The notes under the pieces are model-generated. The model searched no databases. It was not told the DNA's origin and saw only the letters and a program-made list of their open reading frames with translations. Shown in pieces: positions 31,148 to 41,970 of a stretch of 64,000 nt of DNA. Origin of the DNA: a virus. Within the stretch, counting starts at the first letter, position 1; each line of letters starts with the position of its first letter. A program made the position numbers and the translations under genes. The stretch covers positions 1 to 64,000 of the IMG/VR virus record IMGVR_UViG_3300031521_000033. One strand, written 5' to 3'.

Positions 31148-32414
31148 TTTTATTTACCCTCCAAATATATTATAATTTTTTTGTGTGATGCTCTGTTTTT
31201 GGTAATGGTTGTGTAACCTCTGCTGTGATCTTACTTAAAAATATTAAAAACAAGATAATTACAATGGTTAAAATCCATATCATAATACTACTTCAATTCC
31301 ACCAATAACATTACCTGATCTATCATATACTGTAAACTCTTCTTGGTTCCACGGTTGCAAGTCCGCATAATATCTTCTCATTTGTTTAATATTGTTGAAT
31401 GATACAATATAAAGCCAATCACTGCTATTGTATCTTAAATACACCACAAAATTAGGTTTATGTTTTGCTGTTTCGTTGTATGTTGTAACTCCACGATATA
31501 CCCCTATTCCCTTTTCCCACCAAGTCATGTTAACAATCCCCTTTCTTCAATATATTCATTATATTATTTATAACGAAGGAAGTCAAGGCTTTTATTTGCC
31601 TTTACCAATTCACCATGAATTTCATGTAATATGCACATAATAAAGCCGCTTGCACAAAATAAAAGTGGTAAATATGTTATTCCCGAATCTGTGCGATACC
31701 CCGTTACTAAATACACGATTGTCAGAAGTGTTAGTTCTACAAATAATTTCATAATGTACCGTCCTCTACATATTTAATAAGATGTTTTACGAGTTTGCCC
31801 ATTTCATTTAATTGGCCTACTAGCATATCCAGATTGTGATTCATTGGAAATACATATTGAACAAAATTAGTTGTATTTGTGATGCCCTCCTGTAACTGAT
31901 CTAAATATTCTTTATTGTTCATTAGCTTCCACCAACTCATAGGTTACTTTCATTATCATTGGACTGCCCAACGTGTAGATATCAAGATTTTCAACCCTAT
32001 CAGGGAACTTTTTTAAATGCATAATAGCTTCCTGTTCCGTGAATACAAGTGAACTAGTTTCAGTATTACATTGATATGTTCCTTTAATTGTATTAATCAT
32101 CACATACTGCTTGTCGGTATTTATAGGCTCTTCCTTTTCTATAAAATCACACATACTAAGTTCTTCTACATCTGGTGAATTAATGATTCCATATGTTTGA
32201 TATGATAAGCTACCACCATCTTTTGCCCGGAAAATAGCATAATTAATTGTTCGGTCATCCCAAACATTGGCACTATCTCTCGGTATTCTCCACTTAATAC
32301 CCAAAGATGCATAATATGACATCAGTTTATAAAATACATCCGGTGTTGATACATGTAATGCAATTAATCCTTTTAATGCTCTATCTAATCTAGTTTTTGA
32401 AAATTCTCCTAGTG

Positions 32415-32762
32415 TCATGGTTCTTCCTCCTCTAATTTATCAATTAATAATTTAAATAGTGTGCTATCAATAATATAATGAATAGGTTCTTTTGGCCCAA
32501 AATTAAATGCAATTGCGCTATAATATTTATTCATTCCTATCATTTCTTGATTCAACGTTGAAAACCATTCTTTTTTAATGCTGATTGAATTTGAACTTGT
32601 CATTTTTGTTTTGGCTTCAATGATAAATTTATCTGTTAAAATATCACCCTTTGAGAATGGTGTTGCACCTGAATTACTTGTACATTTTGCATTGGTTAAT
32701 GATTTTGCAATGCTGTTTTCTTGTTTCTTACTGAAAAATCGTGTTGTTCCAACTTTTGCCAT
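32415..32762 (-). CDS. Holliday junction resolvase-like PD-(D/E)xK nuclease
   Basis: KQENSIAK, SGATPFSKGDI, IIEAKTK. Confidence 0.75.
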   Translation of the reverse strand: MAKVGTTRFFSKKQENSIAKSLTNAKCTSNSGATPFSKGDILTDKFIIEAKTKMTSSNSISIKKEWFSTLNQEMIGMNKYYSAIAFNFGPKEPIHYIIDSTLFKLLIDKLEEEEP

Positions 32763-33617
32763 TATACCATTAACTCCCTTACAAGAATATCATTTTGACA
32801 ACTTGAGCAAAGTCCCCTTAATCTAAATCCACTATAATCACACTGTGTCATGTATAACACATTCCAACCGTTTGATTCAAAAAATTTGGTTGCTCTAGCT
32901 ACATCTACCATACCCTTTGTATTTGTGCATAGCAGATCACCACATTCAGTACATGTAATTGTATAATTATGAGTCATTGCTCTGCCACGCTGTAGCTATC
33001 TGGATGGTATTGTAAGGCCATTTCAATTCTACCCCCAGTTAAGTTATTTCCTTCTTCATCTTCAATATAATGATAAAGTCGATATTCCCAACCACATGTA
33101 CAATATGCTGAACCATGCTGCAGTCCCCAACTGTAATCGTTCCCCCCACATAATAAACAAGTATGTGGCTTATCTAACTTCACAAATCTGTTCATGTACT
33201 TATCAATAATATTAATCTGTGCTGCTGTTGGATTGATTCTACGACTTTTAATTAATGGTTCAATATCATAATAAGACATTCTGGTAAATTCCTGTTTCTG
33301 TAGTTCCACCAATCTTTCAATAATTTCTTCTTTATTCATTTTTCATTATCCCCTTATAATATATTTGATAGTAAAATTAATATTCCTGTAACTGTGATTG
33401 TGTATGCAATCCCTGCTGCATTTCCTAAACTTACAAACACTTCTATAATACTGAATGCAATTATACCTGCGACAAATGATCCTAATACCATTAAAAATAA
33501 TCCTCCTGCCATTACCACCTTCTTTCAGCTCCCTTCATTTATTTTATTGAATTAGAAAATATCTCATATTGTTTCCTCCTAAATATTCCCTGTATAATTA
33601 CTATACTACTATTTTGA

Positions 33618-33941
33618 TTAATTGTCAAGTGCTATTCCTAAATAATTACAAAGATGATATGCTTTACTTATCAGTGCATCGTCGTATTGCAAATTTGCAC
33701 CACTGTCACCTTTCCAATCTTTAAACATTTCATAAAACCTTACCGCCTTACTCTCATTTGGATAATCTATTTGCATTTTTGCCAATTCATGTGCTATTTC
33801 TGACCATCTTGCATCAGATATAATATTTACGTTCTTTTCGTAGTATAAATAACTGTGAAGTAAAATAGATAATCTCATTTGTTTAATCTTTGCCGCTATT
33901 GTTTCATCTAATGTTGAGGGCTTTTTTACTGAGAACAGCAT
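33618..33941 (-). CDS. Stand-alone NAD-dependent DNA ligase domain-Ia-like protein
   Basis: LHSYLYYEKNVNIISDARWSEIAHELAKMQIDYP resembles LigA Ia (H..YY....ISD.EYD.L..EL..LE..P). Confidence 0.6.
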   Translation of the reverse strand: MLFSVKKPSTLDETIAAKIKQMRLSILLHSYLYYEKNVNIISDARWSEIAHELAKMQIDYPNESKAVRFYEMFKDWKGDSGANLQYDDALISKAYHLCNYLGIALDN

Positions 33942-34309
33942 TTTAAAATACTTGCTTCCAATATAATACTACTGCACCCGGATTCCCGTCTTGAGCTAAT
34001 TTTTCCCTTATTTCCCTTAAGAATTTTTCCGGTTCTGTTACTGCACTATACTCAACTGTAGTTGCAATAAAATTACCAAATATGGCCCCTTGCAGATGAT
34101 CATAACATGTAAAACTTACAAAATATTTATTCATTTTTTATCCTCCCATTGGTCTCTAGTTTTAATATAATCTATTACTACATCAATATCAGATTCAAAC
34201 CGTACTATTACGCACGTATTAGGTTCTTCAAATGGGCAGCTATCACATATCTTTGTTATGCAAAGTTCATGTACTGCCTGTTTTGCTCTTAATAAATCAT
34301 CTACTGTCA

Positions 34310-34762
34310 TTATACTGTATCCTCATGTTTCTTTGCTTCTTTTACTATATATAATGTATAATCTTCCCTGTTAACTGCTTCTATAAATTTACCAATTTGT
34401 TCTGGTGTGATTTGTCTTGTTTTAAAACAATTACCCAATCTTCGTCTTACAACATCCCCAAAAGTACCAGTCCATGTTGTACTGCATATTGTCCTATCTG
34501 CCATATTGATGTAAAAATAGCCCTCATCTTCTTTTGCCCAAAAGGGCTTCTGGTCAATTACAATATCCCATCCACCCGTAATAAATCTACTTGCATCCGC
34601 AATATCTGATAATGTCCAGCACCCGCTCCCATTCTGCTCAATTTCATTTTTATCATTGAATCGGTAATAATTATTTAACAAAACATTTAAATCTGTCTTA
34701 ATTCTAAATGTATCATATGGATTAATATTTTCCCACATTCTGCTCATTTCTAATTTAATCAT
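34310..34762 (-). CDS. Hypothetical protein, paralog of 30713-31147
   Basis: KPFWAKEDEGYFYIN...RRLGNCFKTRQITPEQI. Confidence 0.7.
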   Translation of the reverse strand: MIKLEMSRMWENINPYDTFRIKTDLNVLLNNYYRFNDKNEIEQNGSGCWTLSDIADASRFITGGWDIVIDQKPFWAKEDEGYFYINMADRTICSTTWTGTFGDVVRRRLGNCFKTRQITPEQIGKFIEAVNREDYTLYIVKEAKKHEDTV

Positions 34763-35708
34763 TGTAATACTCCCTTTTTATAAATATTTGATTTACCATT
34801 TACAATTAATTCTAAATTATTGTGCTTTGCTATTTTTAATGCACCCGACCATAATTCTATAATATCAATTTCCCTTACTTCTGACAGGTGGTGCGTTTCT
34901 CCCTTATATCTATAATGTATTTCTGTTTCCCGGTAGTCTTTACCATTTTTACTGTAGTATGTGACTGCTGTTGTTGCGTTATTGTACGGTGTGATGCTGT
35001 AACCTAATATCATTCTGTTTCCTCCCAATTCATTGCAGATATTAGCAAATCATGCTGTGCGCTTGTTAAGGCTCCCATTTTTAATAGGTACTCATTTGGT
35101 GTGTGCATAAATTCCCATGTATTATCATTATTTATTACAATTACCATCATTGCTTTTGGAAATTCTTTTCCTTTTCTTACTGCATAATCCACAACTGCTT
35201 TTGTGGTTCCAGCTTTTCCAATATATGCTATTTTTTCTTGGTTATGTGCTCCCATTATAGCCCCATCCCCACTCCGTCATAAACTTGTGCAGCGTGTGTA
35301 TCACTAAGTAAATTTAGTAAGATTAATAATTGTTCTTCATTCAGTGTATAAATATTGTCCCCAAATGTGTATTGGGCCGGTAAATCTCCTCCGTATGTTC
35401 GAAGCATTCCCCCATATAATAAATTATCATACACAAATGTCCAATATTTACTATGTGATACTTCCAGTGGATCTGTCTTATTAATTTCTTTGTATATTTC
35501 ATGTTTCAGTAGATCTTTATATGAGGTTGATTTTAATATTCGTAATTCGTTTGCATGCCGTGTGTTCAATTCACCATATAACATACTCATAAGTTCTCTT
35601 TCATCTTTTATCATCATTATTTCCTCCTCTTTATATTTATAATAGCATACCTAAAATACATTGTCAACATTTTTGTACAAAAAAAAAGAGAAAGACTTTT
35701 AATCTTCC

Positions 35709-36830
35709 TCATTTGATGATTATTTCATTAAGTCCCTCATATAAATCGTTGAAAAATTCAGGATTATCTTTGAAATATTGGACTACATTTGCCTTACCTT
35801 GAATTTTAAGTGGTTTATCCGTTTCATCCTTATATGTTTCACCATTGAAAACAAAGGTATAATATCCTTGCCCTTCTATAAGCCCCATTAATAGCCCTTG
35901 TGTAAATGTGTCATCATACACATCAATACCCGTTTTATATTTTAAGGTATATTTGGCAAGTCTTCTATCTGGCATTGTAACTTTATTCTTAATTACGCTA
36001 ACCTCTACCATATTACCTGCTACATTTTCGGCTGCGTTTGTTAATTCTTTACCAACTTCATCAATAAATCTTCCTTTGTTAAACCTAATACGATATGAGC
36101 ATAAGAATTTCCACGCCTTACCACCAACTGTTTTCTTTGCCCCACATGGACTATTCATCACATCACGTTCCTGATTAATTCCAATAAACAGCACATTATT
36201 TTTGGCAATTTTCTGTGTCATATCTTTTCCAAATCTAGTTAAAGCACTTGAAATTCCAGCCATTGTTTTCTCTTCAACTGTTTTATCCATTTCCTGTTGG
36301 CTCAATAGTACTCCAATTGAATCTAATACCGCAAGACCAATTCCACCTGAATCTGTAATATCTTCAATCATATGAAATATTTCTTCCGCAGATTGGTTAT
36401 CAGGTTGTATGATAATTAATTCATCAACATTGACACCAAGTTTTTTTGCCCACTTAATATCTAATGTCCACTCAGCATCAACGAATAATACTTTTTGTGG
36501 GCCATCTGCCTGTAAGTCATTTAATCTCGCATCTTGGGTTTTATTTCGTTTTTCCATAGCTTCTAATTCTGCAATTTCATCTAACCACTCTTGCTTAAAT
36601 AGTTTTTGTGCATTCCCCACAATATCAAGTGTGGTGCTTGTTTTTCCACCCGACTCAATTCCGTAAAATTCTACCAATCTTCCTCTTGGCAGTCCACCGC
36701 GTGTTAAATAATTCATACAAGGTGAGCTAAATGGTATCTTTTTGTATGTATGCTCTATCATACCTGTATTTGCAATTTTACTCTTGAACTTTGTATTGAT
36801 ACTTTTTAATACTAAATCCAAATTTCCCAT
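35709..36830 (-). CDS. recA: RecA/UvsX-like recombinase
   Basis: GGLPRGRLVEFYGIESGGKTS, FVDAE, VLDSI, INQER, GGKAWKF, IKNKV. Confidence 0.95.
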   Translation of the reverse strand: MGNLDLVLKSINTKFKSKIANTGMIEHTYKKIPFSSPCMNYLTRGGLPRGRLVEFYGIESGGKTSTTLDIVGNAQKLFKQEWLDEIAELEAMEKRNKTQDARLNDLQADGPQKVLFVDAEWTLDIKWAKKLGVNVDELIIIQPDNQSAEEIFHMIEDITDSGGIGLAVLDSIGVLLSQQEMDKTVEEKTMAGISSALTRFGKDMTQKIAKNNVLFIGINQERDVMNSPCGAKKTVGGKAWKFLCSYRIRFNKGRFIDEVGKELTNAAENVAGNMVEVSVIKNKVTMPDRRLAKYTLKYKTGIDVYDDTFTQGLLMGLIEGQGYYTFVFNGETYKDETDKPLKIQGKANVVQYFKDNPEFFNDLYEGLNEIIIK

Positions 36831-36893
36831 TTAATTCCTCCTACCCCAATAATCAAACCAGTACTCAATTCAAAAATTTGTAACCAGTCCATA

Positions 36894-37406
36894 TTATTTC
36901 CTCCCGTCTTTCATGCTTAACACCATTTGCTGTATTCTCCCTGTTAACACCTTACGGCAGCTGTCATTGATGCGCTCCGCGTTTGCAATCTTACTTTTGA
37001 TAATCTTATATGCCCGGCTGTAAATAGCCTCTACAATCTGCTCCTGCTGCGTTTCACTACGTGCTTGTGAAGTCTTAGCCGCTACTGTTCCTTCAATCCG
37101 ATTAAATATATCATCATACTTATTTTGCTTTACTGAGTCGGCAATATCTTCCCTGATACCAACCCTTTCAAGTTCGGCTGATACGAAGTATAATAATGTT
37201 GCAACTGACAAGGTTACATCTTCCAATTCCCTGTCCGATATTGGCTGAGTTTCATATTGATCAAGGATGGTCTTAACATAATGAATATAGGTATCAAGTT
37301 CACTGGCAACTTTGTTTACTTCTATTGTTACTAATTCATCTATGATTTGCGATTGCTTTTCAACTTCTGTTTGCATTTTCATACACCACTTCCCTTGCTT
37401 CTGCAA
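36894..37406 (-). CDS. Possible UvsY-like recombination mediator
   Basis: Helical protein with EGTVAAK motif immediately upstream of recA. Confidence 0.45.
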   Translation of the reverse strand: MQKQGKWCMKMQTEVEKQSQIIDELVTIEVNKVASELDTYIHYVKTILDQYETQPISDRELEDVTLSVATLLYFVSAELERVGIREDIADSVKQNKYDDIFNRIEGTVAAKTSQARSETQQEQIVEAIYSRAYKIIKSKIANAERINDSCRKVLTGRIQQMVLSMKDGRK

Positions 37407-38093
37407 TTACACGAATCAAACCACAATATACTGAACAAGCACCTTTATAATCACCTGCATAAACTACTGTCATAAGAGGTTCATAATGATCTACTTTTAC
37501 TCTAAATAATTTGTCATCTATTCCATCCTGTCCTATGGATACTCTTAAAATATCATCCGTAAATATGCTCACAGGGTAGACACCTGAATCATCCGATCCA
37601 AAATCAATTAATCTATTCATTGAAATTACCTACCATTTCTTCAATATTGCAACCAAGTACTTCTTCATCACAACACGGGCAGATATAAAAACAATCAATA
37701 CCATTTTCCTCAATTGGGTAGTATTCTTCCACAAACCATCTACTTGTAGTATCGTTCCATTCTTCTCTTGTGCTTATAACACCACATTCTGGACATTTAT
37801 ACATTGTAACTTCCATTTTATTTTTCCTCCTCTTTCTTATTATATGAAAGTTGGTATGAACCGCCTGTAAAATAAAGTAATGCATTTCCTTTGTCATCTG
37901 TACATACAAAATTAGTCCCATACTCATCTGAGGTATCCCGTATTTCTGCTATAACTCCACCTATGTCACCATGTCCCATAATAACATTTTCGCCAACTTC
38001 CCAACTCACAGAACCACCTTCATCTCCATTTAACACTAATATACTAGCAATTTCACCATACTGTATGTTTTTCATTTTTATATCTCCTTTATA

Positions 38094-38897
38094 TTATACT
38101 TTGTACCCATTTTTAACTATATCATAAAAATCATTATCTGTAAAGACTTTCATTCCCCATTTTTCTTTTACCCCACTTAATTCAACAAAATGTGTTCCCG
38201 GGATTAGTGGTCTGTAGCCGCTTGACTTGCCATAATCAGGGTAGATTTGATAACTTCCTGCAAATATATCATATACAGTTTTTACAATTGGTTTTTTATT
38301 CGTTCTGTTGTGATCAATTATAATTTTTGGAATTACTTTGTTTAAATGGAAATGTTCTCTAAATACTAAATCTGCATGAAGATATTCAAAATAGTTTTCT
38401 TGTTTGCTGCCTTTGTGAATAACCCCACCAACATAGCAGTTTTTATTTACATTGATATAAAATAAGCACATACTTCCCATATACAATTTGGGATTACCAA
38501 GAAGTGTTGCAATAATCATTTCGGTATTGATGAATGTTTCATCTTGTACCCGTTTTGGATGGTTACCTGAGCATATGCCAATTAATCTTCCGGCTTCATA
38601 CAGAGGTTTCATATCCTCAACAATTGCATATAACTGCTTATCGCCAGATAACTTTTCCTCTAATACATTACCTTTGGAATTTCGCGTAATTGTGTTTGTT
38701 GAGTCCCCGCCTAGGATAACATATACATTTGGTACTGTTAATATAAATTCAACGGTTTTCTGCAAACTGGTACGATCATTTAATCCCGTATGTACATCAC
38801 TAAGCACGACTAGATATGCTTTATCAGCCTCAACTCTATGCCGGATAATATGACCCATTAATTCCTTTTCAAGTAATTTCTCTTTTTCAATAAGCAT
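38094..38897 (-). CDS. Calcineurin-like metallophosphoesterase
   Basis: SDVH, GGD, GNH, H and EHFH motifs. Confidence 0.85.
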   Translation of the reverse strand: MLIEKEKLLEKELMGHIIRHRVEADKAYLVVLSDVHTGLNDRTSLQKTVEFILTVPNVYVILGGDSTNTITRNSKGNVLEEKLSGDKQLYAIVEDMKPLYEAGRLIGICSGNHPKRVQDETFINTEMIIATLLGNPKLYMGSMCLFYINVNKNCYVGGVIHKGSKQENYFEYLHADLVFREHFHLNKVIPKIIIDHNRTNKKPIVKTVYDIFAGSYQIYPDYGKSSGYRPLIPGTHFVELSGVKEKWGMKVFTDNDFYDIVKNGYKV

Positions 38898-39353
38898 TTA
38901 TACACCCCTTAACAATTCCGTAAAATCATAATCATAATATATCCGTTTCTTTTTTCCTTTAATTACCAATCCAAATTTTATTGCATCCTGTGATGATAAT
39001 GATTTTTTACCCGAGTCTCTTAATTTAACCAATTCCTGTATTGTTATGAATGCTGTAATGTCTTTTTCAACAAACCATACCATTACACCTGCCACAATTC
39101 CATTTACTTTAGATGCTATTTCCAAACCTTCCCATTGATTTTCTCTAATCCCTGATGTAAAATTTAATGTGTTACTATGTATTGTTTTTAATTCTAATAG
39201 AAACATATGTGGATGATTATATACTACAAAATCTGCTGGCGAGTTAATACCCTTGAAACCTGCTGTCTGATCATAGATACGAAAAACCCATGTATGCTTA
39301 TACTTAGATAGTTGCTCTTTTACATTATCCTCAAAATTCTTTGCAAGACTCAT
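38898..39353 (-). CDS. RecU-like Holliday junction resolvase
   Basis: KNFE, SPADF, LELKT, IRENQWEGL. Confidence 0.75.
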   Translation of the reverse strand: MSLAKNFEDNVKEQLSKYKHTWVFRIYDQTAGFKGINSPADFVVYNHPHMFLLELKTIHSNTLNFTSGIRENQWEGLEIASKVNGIVAGVMVWFVEKDITAFITIQELVKLRDSGKKSLSSQDAIKFGLVIKGKKKRIYYDYDFTELLRGV

Positions 39354-39356
39354 AAG

Positions 39357-39750
39357 CTATTCACATCCTCCCGTTGCTTTATTATCAACTGTCCAATAAG
39401 CACCATTCATAATAATCAATTCCACAACACAAAACGTATTTTTACGCATGAAATGTCCTAACTGTTTCAATGCATTTGCTTTTGTTTTATACACCTTTAT
39501 TTGGGTATCTTTCGATCCATAATATGACCGATCAATCATATTGTAAATTGCATACATTTTATCAACCCCTTAATTCATTCGTACCAATTGTTTCATCTAA
39601 TACAATTTTAATCTTAACAACTTTAGCTTCATCAGGTCTATAATATCTATCTATTCTTGCCTGTGCCCATTTATAGGTTTTGAATACTTTAATTTCACTG
39701 TCTTTTCCCGCTAGATAAAAACCCATATTTGAAAAATATATTGCATACAT
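39357..39750 (-). CDS. Tandem paralogous small proteins (39357-39557, 39562-39750)
   Basis: Both read MYAIY...KD..IKV.KT...A. Confidence 0.7.
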
Positions 39751-39761
39751 ATTTATTCCTC

Positions 39762-40640
39762 CTATTTTGTTAATCTGATATCAAAATTATCTAATTTACC
39801 CTTTGATTTTAATATTTCCATTATTGTATTATAGCATACTTCTGGTGAATTTGCTTCATGTGAAATATGTGCTAAAAATATGATTCGTTTTTTAGTGTTG
39901 TCTAGTTCTGTTAATATATTTCCAGCTACCTTATTGCATAAATGCCCGGTATTGCTAACAATTCTATCTTTCAACTCTTGTGCATATGAACATTCATCTA
40001 ACACCACTGGATCATAATTTGATTCTAATACAATTACTTCCGACATATTTAACGACTCTTGAATTTCTTTTGTAATAAATCCTAAATCTGTAAATACGGA
40101 CACTGAAACATAATGTGAGCCACTTTCAATAAAATACCCACACGGACTTTCAGCATCGTGGGATGTTGATACCCCATAAAATGTAAGATCTCCTGCAAAT
40201 CCTACACATATCTGTTTTGAACTATCCTTCATTGATTTTAATTGGCCATATAATGATTCATCAATTTTTTCCTTTACTGCTTCTATTGTTCCCTCTTTTG
40301 ACCATACGGGCATTTTATATTTTTTCATTAACACAGGTAATGCTCTAATATGATCAATGTGTTCATGTGTAATTAAAATAGCTTCAATATCTTCAATGTT
40401 TACACCGAGTTCAGCTAATTTCTTTTTAACCTGAATTGTTGTAATCCCAACATCAACAAGGATCTTTGTACCTTCTATTTCGATATATGTGCAATTACCC
40501 TTGCTGCCACTTGCAAGTACTGCCACCCTTCCCCATTCTGCCTCATACAACTGACTATACGGTGGAACTTCATAATTTAATTTTGGTTTAATTTTTGCTA
40601 ATCTTTGCTTTTCACAAATTAACTGTAATAATTTTCTCAT
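39762..40640 (-). CDS. Metallo-beta-lactamase-fold hydrolase (YycJ/WalJ-like nuclease)
   Basis: LASGSKGNC, THEHIDH, SHDA, TDLG, LESNYD, GHL, LAHIS. Confidence 0.9.
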   Translation of the reverse strand: MRKLLQLICEKQRLAKIKPKLNYEVPPYSQLYEAEWGRVAVLASGSKGNCTYIEIEGTKILVDVGITTIQVKKKLAELGVNIEDIEAILITHEHIDHIRALPVLMKKYKMPVWSKEGTIEAVKEKIDESLYGQLKSMKDSSKQICVGFAGDLTFYGVSTSHDAESPCGYFIESGSHYVSVSVFTDLGFITKEIQESLNMSEVIVLESNYDPVVLDECSYAQELKDRIVSNTGHLCNKVAGNILTELDNTKKRIIFLAHISHEANSPEVCYNTIMEILKSKGKLDNFDIRLTK

Positions 40641-41737
40641 GCTGAATATTCTCCTGTGATAATTTTTACCTCATCATTGCAAAACACAATACTTCCTTTA
40701 AGTCCATATTCTACAATAACAGTATCAGAAACAATAGTAGAAAGAATTTGCTTAAGCTTATCAATAATGCCGACAAACTTAAAATCGACAGGGTTATTAG
40801 ACTCAATATAATTAATTTTTTCCTCACTCTTACCTTTACCATCTTCTATAACAACTCCACTACAATTAAATTTTAATGTTGCTGTGTTAATATCAAACTT
40901 TGACTTAAGGATCTGCATTCTTCTGATTGCCCCTGACAACTCACTCCTGCTTACTTTGCACATTGATGGGTAACTTATATCCAATACTGGTTTTACATCG
41001 TCAAATGGGAAGTCAGGTGCATACCCTTTGATATATACCATAAATGTATCTGTTGAATATAACAGACTATGGTCTTTTCCATATGCTAATGTGATATCAT
41101 CCTCTTTAAATCCTGTAACCAATCTAACTGTATCAGGTGTTAATGATAATTTGTTATCACATAAATGACTATAGCTAAGTGCAATATTACCACCATCACC
41201 TGTTACAACAGATCCATACCCTTGATAGTATGAATGTAATTTTCCTTCCCCAATTTGAGGACTTCCGACTGCAATTCCATTATACTTTAACGTCTTATCA
41301 TACTCAACTCTTTTAACAACTTCCTTTGATAAAAATCCTTCTTCATACTTAAACATAGGGTATTTAATTGGCTTGCCTGTTTCATCCGGTGGTAATTCAA
41401 TATTATATTTACCATTTGCCTTAACTGTTAGTACTAAATTTTCCGCTGTCAGCGTTACTTCATCTGTTGTAACTGTATTGATTAGTTTTTGAATTGTTTC
41501 AGTCTGTACAACACATTCCAGGCCGTCTTCAATTAATTCTTCCGTCTTTGAAATTACATAATTTGCACCGTCTGATCCCATAATTGATAACTTACCATTG
41601 CTTGCCTCCATTGCAATTAAAGCTGTTAATGGGTAAAGTTTATCCTGCTTGATTGATTTTGCCACTTGGTTTAACATGTTTCTTAAAATAGATGTCTTAA
41701 TTTTCATTTTTATTATCTCCTTTATCATATAATACAC
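40637..41737 (-). CDS. dnaN: Sliding clamp, DNA Pol III beta-like (likely start MKIKT)
   Basis: ~355 aa, GSDG / VTGDG strands, beta-clamp pattern, next to the polymerase. Confidence 0.75.
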   Translation of the reverse strand: MYYMIKEIIKMKIKTSILRNMLNQVAKSIKQDKLYPLTALIAMEASNGKLSIMGSDGANYVISKTEELIEDGLECVVQTETIQKLINTVTTDEVTLTAENLVLTVKANGKYNIELPPDETGKPIKYPMFKYEEGFLSKEVVKRVEYDKTLKYNGIAVGSPQIGEGKLHSYYQGYGSVVTGDGGNIALSYSHLCDNKLSLTPDTVRLVTGFKEDDITLAYGKDHSLLYSTDTFMVYIKGYAPDFPFDDVKPVLDISYPSMCKVSRSELSGAIRRMQILKSKFDINTATLKFNCSGVVIEDGKGKSEEKINYIESNNPVDFKFVGIIDKLKQILSTIVSDTVIVEYGLKGSIVFCNDEVKIITGEYSA

Positions 41738-41970
41738 AATCTTTTGCTAAAAACTCATACGCATCTTTGAATCCATGCAATTGCGCATGTTGATGTAATA
41801 CCACATCGATGTGTTCCCCACATAATTTACAAATACAATTTTTTGGTAAAAATCTATCATCAAAAGTATACTCAGACTTATCACTATTGTTCGTTTTAAT
41901 ACCCATAAGACATTTCTCCCACTCCATTTCTTTTGCCAACTTGGCAGACTCTATTCCTCCACGCATAATT

